Shown: in pieces, positions 56,690 through 64,000 of the stretch | Layout: each line of letters begins with the position of its first letter | How positions within the stretch are numbered: the first letter of the stretch is position 1 | Assembly: GCA_009691915.1 (NCBI GenBank) | Contig: SIAD01000002.1 | Location: forward strand, 118,562-182,561 | Source: Phycisphaerales bacterium | Lineage (GTDB): Bacteria; Planctomycetota; Phycisphaerae; Phycisphaerales; SM1A02 | DNA: 64,000 nucleotides | Direction: 5' to 3' | Notes under the pieces: generated by a model | The model's database searches: none | What the model was told of the DNA's origin: nothing | What the model saw: the letters and a program-made list of their open reading frames with translations, nothing else | Made by a program: the position numbers and the translations under genes

Positions 56690-57807
56690 CCATTGACGCG
56701 GGCGAACTCGCGCATGAACTGCTCGAGCGCGCTTGCGGCCTCCGTCGGAAGCGCGTTGTACATGGATGCGCGGACCCCGCCCGCGTCCTTGTGTCCCGCA
56801 AGTCCATCGAAGCCTTGGTCCGCCGCCTCCCGGGCAAACCGTGCGTCGAGCTCCCGGCTCGGAAGCCGGAACGAGACATTGATGTCGCTGCGGCACTCCG
56901 GGCGGCTCAACCCTCGGTAGAAGCCATTGGACGAGTCGATCACCCGGTAGAGAAGCGACGCTTTGGCGGCGTTGCGCCGGTCGAACTCGCGGGTTCCTCC
57001 CTGTGCAATCATCCAGCGGAACACGAGCCCCGCAGTGTGGATGGCGAAGGTTGGTGGCGTGTTGAGTCTGCTCCCCGCCATCGCGTGGGCCGCGTACGAC
57101 ATCATGGTTGGCAGCGCACGCGGAGACCGCTCAACCAGATCCTTGCGAACGATCACGATCGTCATCGCGGCCACACCACAGTTCTTCTGGGCAGCGGCGT
57201 AGACGAGTCCGTGGGGAGCCCAGTCGAGGGGCCGTCCGAAGATCTCGCTGCTCGCGTCACAGACGAGCGGCACACCCGGTGCCGCCTTCGGGGGTAGCGG
57301 GTAACGCGTGCCGTGGACGGTGTTGTTCGAGCAGTAGTGAAGGTACGCCGCGCCGGGGGTCGGAACCATTTCCGAGTCGGTCGGGACATGGTCGTAGCGA
57401 AAGGTCGTGCCTTCAAAAATGACGGCAATGTGTGCCTTCACCGACGCCCGCGCCTCGATGATCGCCTTCGCGCTCCAAACATCGGTGTCCGGGTAGTCGG
57501 CGGTGGCGCCGTCGGCGAGGAGATTCAGCGCGATCTGCGAGAACTGGAGTGTTGCACCCCCAGGCAGCATGAGGATCTCGTAGTCATCGGGGATCTCACC
57601 GAGAGTGCGACAGGCCGCCATCGACTCCTCGAGGACGCGATCAAAGGTCGGCTGCCGATGACTGTGCTCGAGGATCCCGACACCGGTGCCATCGAGATCG
57701 ACAAGATCGCGACGCAACTGGTCAAGGACCTCGAGCGGCATGACCGCGGGGCCCGCCGAGAAGTTCCACATCCGCTCTCGCGGTGCCGGGCGCGCGAGGC
57801 GTGTCAT
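56686..57807 (-). CDS. serC: Phosphoserine aminotransferase
   Basis: Motif NFSAGPAVMPLEVL and class-V aminotransferase layout. ATGA overlap with the serA stop. Confidence 0.9.
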   Translation of the reverse strand: MTRLARPAPRERMWNFSAGPAVMPLEVLDQLRRDLVDLDGTGVGILEHSHRQPTFDRVLEESMAACRTLGEIPDDYEILMLPGGATLQFSQIALNLLADGATADYPDTDVWSAKAIIEARASVKAHIAVIFEGTTFRYDHVPTDSEMVPTPGAAYLHYCSNNTVHGTRYPLPPKAAPGVPLVCDASSEIFGRPLDWAPHGLVYAAAQKNCGVAAMTIVIVRKDLVERSPRALPTMMSYAAHAMAGSRLNTPPTFAIHTAGLVFRWMIAQGGTREFDRRNAAKASLLYRVIDSSNGFYRGLSRPECRSDINVSFRLPSRELDARFAREAADQGFDGLAGHKDAGGVRASMYNALPTEAASALEQFMREFARVNG

Positions 57808-59075
57808 AGTCCGTCGGATTCGTTCTGGATCGCCTGCACGGTGACCCCGAGGACATGCTCACGCGCACGGATCGCCGTGATCTGTCCCTCGGTTGGCGTG
57901 GCGTTCACATGGATGCGCGCGATTCCGGCGACGCCACCGGCACAGATGACATTCTCCATCTCTTCAATGTTAACTCCTGAACTACCGAGTACTTCGAAGA
58001 CCCCCGCCAGCACACCCGGCCGGTTGAGGTGCCTCACATGCAGCAGTGTGACTGCGCTCGTGGCCCGGGTGCGGTTGATGCAGCCGACAGCGGAACCCTT
58101 CTCGGTCCACTGTCGCACCGTCCTGACGACATCCTGATCGATAGCCTCGCGGGCTTGGCGCGAGTGCGCCCCCGGCTGGCTCGTCGCAAATACGGTGCTC
58201 TCGCGAAGCAGCGCCACGAGCGTGGGTCGGGAGCGGGCCTCTGGTTCAACTTGATGGAGGTCGAGCCCGGCCTTCACTCCCTTTGTGCGGACGGCATTTA
58301 GTAGCGCGGACTCGTTGATCACCGAGGGTGGGCTCGTACTGATGATCGAGGCGCCTGGTCGGACCGCGTTGAAGAACTTCTCACCCAGAAGTCCCTCGGA
58401 CTCCTCGTTGGCACTGACGCTGACGCTGACGACATCGGATAGTTTGGCGAGGTTGACGAGATTCGCGCAGTAGTCGATTCCCAGCGCGTCGCATCGCTCC
58501 TCAGAGATGTGGCGGCTCCAAGCCACGACATGCATCCCGAAGGCGATCCCGCGTGTGGCGATCTCCTGCCCGACATTTCCCAGCCCGACAATCCCAAGGG
58601 TTCGTCCGGCAAGCCCCTCGGGCGGAGTGCCCTGTGGCGGATCCCACGCCCCTGTGCGCAGCAACGCCACCGACTCGGGAAGCCTGCGATCGCAGGCGAT
58701 GATCAATCCCCAGGCAAGTTCGGCGACCGCCGCCGCACTCCGGCCCGGGCAGTGCGACACGAAGACCCCGCGTCGGCTGGCGGCTGCCACATCAATGGAG
58801 TCCGTTGTCTGCCCACAGCACACGACAAGGCCGAGCCGATCCGTAGATGCGAGTGCCTCATCGCTGACGCGCATGGACTTGACGACCAGGATGTCCGGCT
58901 CGAGGTCACGGATCGCCAACGCCAGGGAGGACGCACTGAGTGCACGATTGTGAATGGCGTCGCACCCGATAGCCCGGAGTGCATCTAGTCCCGCGGTGCC
59001 AAACTCGTCGACGACGAGGATCCGCGCAACGAGGGAGAGCGGAACAGCGGACGCATCGGCGTCGGGTGGGTGCAT
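57804..59075 (-). CDS. serA: D-3-phosphoglycerate dehydrogenase with a C-terminal ACT domain
   Basis: 2-hydroxyacid dehydrogenase NAD site GIVGLGNVGQEIA. ACT-like tail (LLHVRHLNRPGVLAGVFEVLG). Coupled to serC. Confidence 0.8.
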   Translation of the reverse strand: MHPPDADASAVPLSLVARILVVDEFGTAGLDALRAIGCDAIHNRALSASSLALAIRDLEPDILVVKSMRVSDEALASTDRLGLVVCCGQTTDSIDVAAASRRGVFVSHCPGRSAAAVAELAWGLIIACDRRLPESVALLRTGAWDPPQGTPPEGLAGRTLGIVGLGNVGQEIATRGIAFGMHVVAWSRHISEERCDALGIDYCANLVNLAKLSDVVSVSVSANEESEGLLGEKFFNAVRPGASIISTSPPSVINESALLNAVRTKGVKAGLDLHQVEPEARSRPTLVALLRESTVFATSQPGAHSRQAREAIDQDVVRTVRQWTEKGSAVGCINRTRATSAVTLLHVRHLNRPGVLAGVFEVLGSSGVNIEEMENVICAGGVAGIARIHVNATPTEGQITAIRAREHVLGVTVQAIQNESDGL

Positions 59076-59084
59076 CCGAGCATC

Positions 59085-60311
59085 CTAGCCCGCAGAGCGC
59101 GCACCAAATCCATGGATGAACAGTCCGCTGCGGATCTTCGGGTCGAACCAGGTCGACTTGGGAGGCATGATGAGCCCTTGGTCAGCGACAGCCAACAATT
59201 CGTTGATCGATGTGGCGTGCATCGCGAACGCGATGTCGGCGCGACCCTCATCGACCGCGGCGGCGAGTTCAGCGGCGGTGCATCCACCCAAGAAGGACAG
59301 GCGCTCGTCTGCGCGCTCATCGTGGATCCCGAGGATCGGGGCGAGAAGCTGACGCGAGACAACGCTGACATCGAGAGTGTCGAGGGGGCTATCTCGGGAC
59401 GGGGATGGCAGCCGCAGGGACCACCACGCCGAGTCGGCATAGATCGCGACGAACCCGCGCGTGCGGGGAAGCGGATCTCCAGGATCAGCGATCGCGCTGA
59501 GACTCCCGATCCCACCCAGTGCCGAGAGAACCTGCGCGGATGTCATCGTGCCACAGAGTCGCACGAGCCGGTGGTAGGGGAGGATCAGGAGTTCCTCCGA
59601 CGGATAGATGACCGCCGGAAATCGCTGCGACTCCGGGTCGCGCGCGCCATCGAATCTCTCTGCAGCACGGAGTGCAGCCGCGGAGCGGTGATGGCCATCG
59701 GCGATGTAGAGCCGCCCCACCGAGGCAAAGATCGAGTCGTATTTCGCGTAGTCGTGCACCAACCAGAGGGTGTGCGTGACGCCATCCTTCGCCGCAAAGT
59801 GAAGAAGCGGACGATCGTTCATGTCCCTCGAGAGTTGGCGCACCAGCTCGGGTTGGTCCGCAACCGTCAGGAGTACCGACTCCGTGTGGGCTTGCAAACG
59901 CACGATGTGATCGGTGCGATCCTGTTCCTTGTCGGGGCGAGTGAGTTCGTGCCGTCGGATGTCACCAGCTCGGTACGCCTCGACATCGACCGAGCACACG
60001 AGGCCCGCCTGGCGCCGTCCTCCTTTGGACTGCCGATAGACATACATCCGTGGCTCTGAATCGCGAATCAGGTATCCGCGCTCAAGGAGGGATTCGAGAT
60101 TCTCCGAGGCGCGGTCATAGACCGCCGCCGAGTACGGGTTCTGTTCGGGACCAAGGTCCACCTCGGACCGTACAACCCGAATGAATGAATTGGGCTTCGC
60201 CTGTGCCAATCCAAGGGCCTGGACGCGATCCACGACATCGTAAGGCGGGCAGGAAACCTCCGAAACCCGGTGTGCAGGCGCTCGAATGGCGGCAAACTGG
60301 TGGACTCGCAT
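59085..60311 (-). CDS. DUF1015 family protein
   Basis: Motifs CPPYDVV and LYIADGHHRSAAA. It ends 9 nt upstream of serA. Confidence 0.85.
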   Translation of the reverse strand: MRVHQFAAIRAPAHRVSEVSCPPYDVVDRVQALGLAQAKPNSFIRVVRSEVDLGPEQNPYSAAVYDRASENLESLLERGYLIRDSEPRMYVYRQSKGGRRQAGLVCSVDVEAYRAGDIRRHELTRPDKEQDRTDHIVRLQAHTESVLLTVADQPELVRQLSRDMNDRPLLHFAAKDGVTHTLWLVHDYAKYDSIFASVGRLYIADGHHRSAAALRAAERFDGARDPESQRFPAVIYPSEELLILPYHRLVRLCGTMTSAQVLSALGGIGSLSAIADPGDPLPRTRGFVAIYADSAWWSLRLPSPSRDSPLDTLDVSVVSRQLLAPILGIHDERADERLSFLGGCTAAELAAAVDEGRADIAFAMHATSINELLAVADQGLIMPPKSTWFDPKIRSGLFIHGFGARSAG

Positions 60312-60397
60312 CTGACGGGGAGGAGTCTAGCCAGAGGGTCTGGCAAGTCTGGAACTCCTCTGAAGTTGCCATCGGAAGCGGTCGAAGACTGGTCACC

Positions 60398-61330
60398 ATG
60401 GAACAGACGCACACGGTCGAGGTGCTCACCGCGCTCATCGCTGCCAAAGAGGTGGACACCACGAGCCACTGCAGACGGGTCGCCTCGCTCGCTGCCGGGC
60501 TGGCATTGGCCATCGGACTCGACCAGGGCCAGGTCGAGTCTGTGCGTCAAACCGCGCAGATACATGACCTTGGGAAGATTGGCATCCCCGACGAGATCCT
60601 TGGAAAGCGAGGGCCGCTCACCAGCGAGGAGTTCGCGATCATCAAGCGGCACCCACGCGCGGGCCATCGGCTCTTGAGCGCATTCCCCGAACTCAGGTTC
60701 AGTCTCCCCGGAGTGCTCCACCATCACGAGCGTTGGGATGGCCAGGGATACCCATCGTCCATCGGCGGTGACGAGATCCCTCTCGAGTCTCGAATCATCA
60801 CCGTCGTCGATAGTTACGACGCGATGTGCACCAACCGACCGTACTCGCGGGCCAGAACCTCCCGGGATGCAGTCCACGAGATTGTCCGCTGCGCAGGTTC
60901 GCAGTTCGACCCGGGACTCGTCGGAGCGTTCGCCGACATGGTCGGGTCGTCTCAGAGAGGTGCGGAAGGTTGCCGGCCGGAGACCCCACGTAAGGAAATT
61001 ACGGAACTTTTCGGACACGATCTCAGGAACAGTGCTAGGCTGCCCGCAGTGGTGGCGACGGACGGCAGGGTAGCCGACCGAGAGCGCAAGAGTGCATGGA
61101 GATGGCACATGCTTGAGCAGACAGCACCGTTAGTCACGATGGTTGCACGAGGACTCTCGAGCTGCGAGAGGCTCGTCGTAGAACTTCACTACATCGAGAG
61201 GCTCTCCAGCAAAGAAATCGCTGAGGTTCTCGAGACCACCGAAGAGCAGATCGCACGGACTCTCTCAGCGGTGCGCGAACGCGTGGCGGGGGTCCGACGA
61301 GCGTTCGTAGAGACACTCTGCAAGGTGTAG
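60398..61330 (+). CDS. HD-GYP domain protein with an in-frame C-terminal sigma-70 region-4-like HTH
   Basis: Start set at MEQTHT (ATG 60398). HD-GYP motifs HDLGKIGIPDEIL and HHERWDGQGYP. The C-terminal 73 aa (LSSCERLVVELHYIERLSSKEIAEVLETTEEQIARTLSAVRERV) resemble sigma70_r4. Confidence 0.75.
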   Translation: MEQTHTVEVLTALIAAKEVDTTSHCRRVASLAAGLALAIGLDQGQVESVRQTAQIHDLGKIGIPDEILGKRGPLTSEEFAIIKRHPRAGHRLLSAFPELRFSLPGVLHHHERWDGQGYPSSIGGDEIPLESRIITVVDSYDAMCTNRPYSRARTSRDAVHEIVRCAGSQFDPGLVGAFADMVGSSQRGAEGCRPETPRKEITELFGHDLRNSARLPAVVATDGRVADRERKSAWRWHMLEQTAPLVTMVARGLSSCERLVVELHYIERLSSKEIAEVLETTEEQIARTLSAVRERVAGVRRAFVETLCKV

Positions 61331-61361
61331 GGGTAGATGTCGCTGAGGCTAGGGGGACCAA

Positions 61362-63350
61362 CTACTCGTCAGACTCGCGCAGTTGCGCCAGCAGCGAGAA
61401 GTCTTCGAGCGTTGTGGTGTCCTGCATCGATTCCTTCCCTGCCGCGATGTCACGAAGCAACCGTCGCATTATCTTCCCCGAGCGGGTTTTGGGAAGCGCC
61501 CCGGCGAAGCGGATCATGTCGGGTCGTGCGATCGCACCGATCTCCTTCGTGACATGGTCACAGAGCTCCCGGCGGAACGCGTCGTTCGTCGCGCCCGTGT
61601 GTGTCGGCGCCAGCGTTACGAACGCCGCAATTCCCGTCCCCTTGATCTCGTGGGGAATGCCGACCACCGCGGCTTCGACGACCGCAGGGTGGGACACGAG
61701 CGCGCTCTCGATTTCCATGGTCCCCAGTCGATGACCGCTGACATTGATGACATCGTCGATGCGCCCCATGATCCAGAAGTAGCCGCGCTCGTCGCGCCGT
61801 GCGCCATCGCCGGCGACATACATGCCAGGAACCTTTGACCAGTAGGTCTCGAGGTAGCGCTCACGATCGCCGTGGATGCCTCTCAGCATTCCCGGCCATG
61901 GCCGGCGGATCACGAGGAGTCCCCCTTGGTTCGGAGGCAGCTCCTCTCCGCGCTCATTGACAATCGCCGCGTCGATGCCAAAGACGGGAAGTGTGCAGGA
62001 TCCCGGGACGGTTGGCGTACAACCGGGGAGCGGTGTGATGATGTGGCCACCGGTTTCGGTCTGCCACATCGTGTCGACGATCGGGCAGCGGGAGCCTCCG
62101 ATTGTCTCGTGGTACCAGATCCACGCCTCAGGATTGATGGGTTCACCCACCGTCCCAAGCACTATGAGGCTCGAGAGGTCATGCTTCTTTGGGTGCTCGT
62201 CCCCCCACTTCATGAAAGCGCGTATCGCCGTCGGCGCGGTGTAGAAGTGAGTGATCTTGTGGCGCTCGACCATCTCCCAGAAGCGGTCCTCCTGGGGGAA
62301 GTTGGGGGCACCCTCATACATCACGGTGGGCACTCGGTTGGGGAGGATCCCGTACACGACATACGAGTGCCCGGTGATCCAGCCGATGTCCGCAGTGCAG
62401 AAGTAAACCTGACCTTCGCCCGGGACGAGGTTGTAGGTGTACCGCGCGGTCGTCGCTGTGAACACCATGTAGCCACCGGTTGTGTGTCGGACACCCTTCG
62501 GCTTGCCGGTCGATCCTGAGGTGTAGAGCAGAAAGAGAAGGTCTTCACTCTCCATTTCTTCGCATGGGCAGTCGTCACTCTGCGTTGCGCAGATCTCATG
62601 CCACCAAAGGTCGCGTCCACTCGTCCAGCCGATCGCGTTGTCGCACCGCTTCAGGCAGACGACATGGCGGATCAGCGTGGTGCGCGCACACGCCTCGTCG
62701 ACACTGGCCTTGAGTGGAACGACATGTCCACGGCGCCACGCGCCATCGCAGGTGACGATGATGGAGCTCTTCGCATCCTCTACGCGGTCGACGATGGCCG
62801 AGGCCGCAAAGCCTCCGAAGATGACGCTGTGCGCAGCGCCGATGCGGGCGCAGGCCAGCATGGCGATGGCGAGTTCAGGAACCATCCCCATGTAGAGCGT
62901 GACGACATCGCCGCGCCCGACCCCCAGCGACTTGAGCGCGTTGGCGAATCTACATACCTCGCGTTTGAGATCCGAGTAGGTGAGTCGACGAATCTCATGA
63001 CCGTCGGGATCCGTGGTGGTCGGTTCTCCTTCCCAGATGATCGCGACCTGATCGCCGAGACCGGCGACGATCTGCCGGTCGATGCAGTTGAACGCGACAT
63101 TCGTCCGCGCGCCGACGAACCATTGCGCGTCGGGGCACTCCCACTCAAGAACCTTGTTCCACTGGCGGAACCAGTGGTAGTGGGAGGCCATCTCGGCCCA
63201 GAACCCCTCCGGGTCATCCATCGAGCGCCGATAGAGCGCGCGGTAGGTGGCCATGTCCGGGCAGTGCACGGTGCGGTTTCGGCGGCGGAACGCGTCGGAC
63301 GGCTCGAACACACGATCCTCGTGGAGGACGCTCGTGATCGCTTGGCTCAT
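61362..63350 (-). CDS. acs: Acetyl-CoA synthetase
   Basis: 662 aa with YTSGSTGKPKG, WWQTETGG-like MWQTETGG, and a C-terminal LPKTRSGKIMRR. Confidence 0.92.
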   Translation of the reverse strand: MSQAITSVLHEDRVFEPSDAFRRRNRTVHCPDMATYRALYRRSMDDPEGFWAEMASHYHWFRQWNKVLEWECPDAQWFVGARTNVAFNCIDRQIVAGLGDQVAIIWEGEPTTTDPDGHEIRRLTYSDLKREVCRFANALKSLGVGRGDVVTLYMGMVPELAIAMLACARIGAAHSVIFGGFAASAIVDRVEDAKSSIIVTCDGAWRRGHVVPLKASVDEACARTTLIRHVVCLKRCDNAIGWTSGRDLWWHEICATQSDDCPCEEMESEDLLFLLYTSGSTGKPKGVRHTTGGYMVFTATTARYTYNLVPGEGQVYFCTADIGWITGHSYVVYGILPNRVPTVMYEGAPNFPQEDRFWEMVERHKITHFYTAPTAIRAFMKWGDEHPKKHDLSSLIVLGTVGEPINPEAWIWYHETIGGSRCPIVDTMWQTETGGHIITPLPGCTPTVPGSCTLPVFGIDAAIVNERGEELPPNQGGLLVIRRPWPGMLRGIHGDRERYLETYWSKVPGMYVAGDGARRDERGYFWIMGRIDDVINVSGHRLGTMEIESALVSHPAVVEAAVVGIPHEIKGTGIAAFVTLAPTHTGATNDAFRRELCDHVTKEIGAIARPDMIRFAGALPKTRSGKIMRRLLRDIAAGKESMQDTTTLEDFSLLAQLRESDE

Positions 63351-63416
63351 GCCACCAGCGTAGTCCTCGACACGGTCGGCTCATGCTCCCCCGACACAGG
63401 CTGACTCTCTGGCCGC

Positions 63417-64000
63417 TCAACGGGTAGCCGCTGCGAAAGAGACCGCTGCCTCGATCGCGTCACGGATCTTCGATGGATCCTTGCCTCCCGCTTGGGCGAG
63501 GTCGCTCTTGCCGCCCCCTTTTCCGCCGCACGCCTCGGCGGCGACACGGACCCAGTCTCCGGCTTTGAGGCCCCGGTCGATGGCCGCTTTCGGACAGGCC
63601 GCAGCGATCGCAACCTTGCCCGTGTCATGGAGGGCGCTGAGGAGAAGAACCGGCGCAAGCGGAGCCTTCGCCCGTGCGAGATCAATGACTGCCAAGAGCG
63701 CCTGACTGTCAGCCTCGGTTACCTCGATGACTAGCGGGGCACTTGGGTCTGCGCCCGATGCATGCTCCTCGATCGCGGCCCGCGCATCCGCCAGCGCACC
63801 CTCGCGGGAAGCTCCTTCGCGTGCCCTGCGAGCGTCCTTCAGCCGGTCGCGCAGTGAGTCGAGCCGTGGCGCGAGTGCCGCACGCGCAGACGCTCCTAGT
63901 GCTAGCGACGACTCAAGCCTCGCGATCTCCGTCGCCTCCGTGTGAAGCGCGTTGCCGGTAAGCGTCATGGCCGCAGAGATGCGATCGGAGAGCGCTCTCG
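63417..64000 (-). CDS. alaS: Alanine--tRNA ligase, C-terminal (DHHA1) part; 5' end outside window
   Basis: Motif [21 protein letters not shown], typical of the AlaRS C-terminus. The frame stays open to the window edge. Confidence 0.85.
   Translation of the reverse strand, partial: RALSDRISAAMTLTGNALHTEATEIARLESSLALGASARAALAPRLDSLRDRLKDARRAREGASREGALADARAAIEEHASGADPSAPLVIEVTEADSQALLAVIDLARAKAPLAPVLLLSALHDTGKVAIAAACPKAAIDRGLKAGDWVRVAAEACGGKGGGKSDLAQAGGKDPSKIRDAIEAAVSFAAATR

Noticed and set aside
61362-63350. The adenylate-forming enzyme as the missing MenE.
   Set aside because: Its length (662 aa) and its N- and C-terminal motifs match acetyl-CoA synthetase. It is also about 34 kb from the men operon.

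Overview
High-GC, very gene-dense chromosomal segment with about 55 CDS and one tRNA-Lys(UUU). The gene content (three DUF1080 paralogs, TAT-signal Gfo/Idh/MocA and metallophosphoesterase proteins, a Sel1-repeat lipoprotein, a glycine-rich RRM protein) suggests a Planctomycetota-like bacterium; this is inference only. Most of the window is ordinary core metabolism: a menaquinone operon (menF-D-H-B-A-C plus a hotdog thioesterase), purE/purK, coaBC, rnd, cysE, serA/serC with DUF1015, acs, the 3' part of alaS, sthA, kup and terC. I see no CRISPR array, IS element, prophage or recognisable defence island. The parts worth a second look are listed here. (1) A complete Wsp-architecture chemosensory operon whose terminal response regulator carries a PP2C/SpoIIE phosphatase instead of a GGDEF domain. 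(2) Two HD-GYP proteins with unusual fusions: FHA-GAF-HD-GYP, and HD-GYP followed in frame by a sigma-70 region-4-like HTH. (3) An SNF2 helicase, SWIM zinc-finger and cysE string that is translationally coupled, next to tRNA-Lys, xerC and an orphan beta-class DNA methyltransferase. (4) A PAP2 phosphatase fused to a GT-C (ArnT/PMT-like) glycosyltransferase and coupled to an MFS transporter. (5) An intrinsic-terminator-like hairpin inside the 264-nt leader of that MFS gene, which could be an attenuator or riboswitch. Many table ORF starts were re-set because 4-nt start/stop overlaps (ATGA/GTGA/TTGA) recur throughout the window. All product calls come from motif recognition by eye, and no database search was run.
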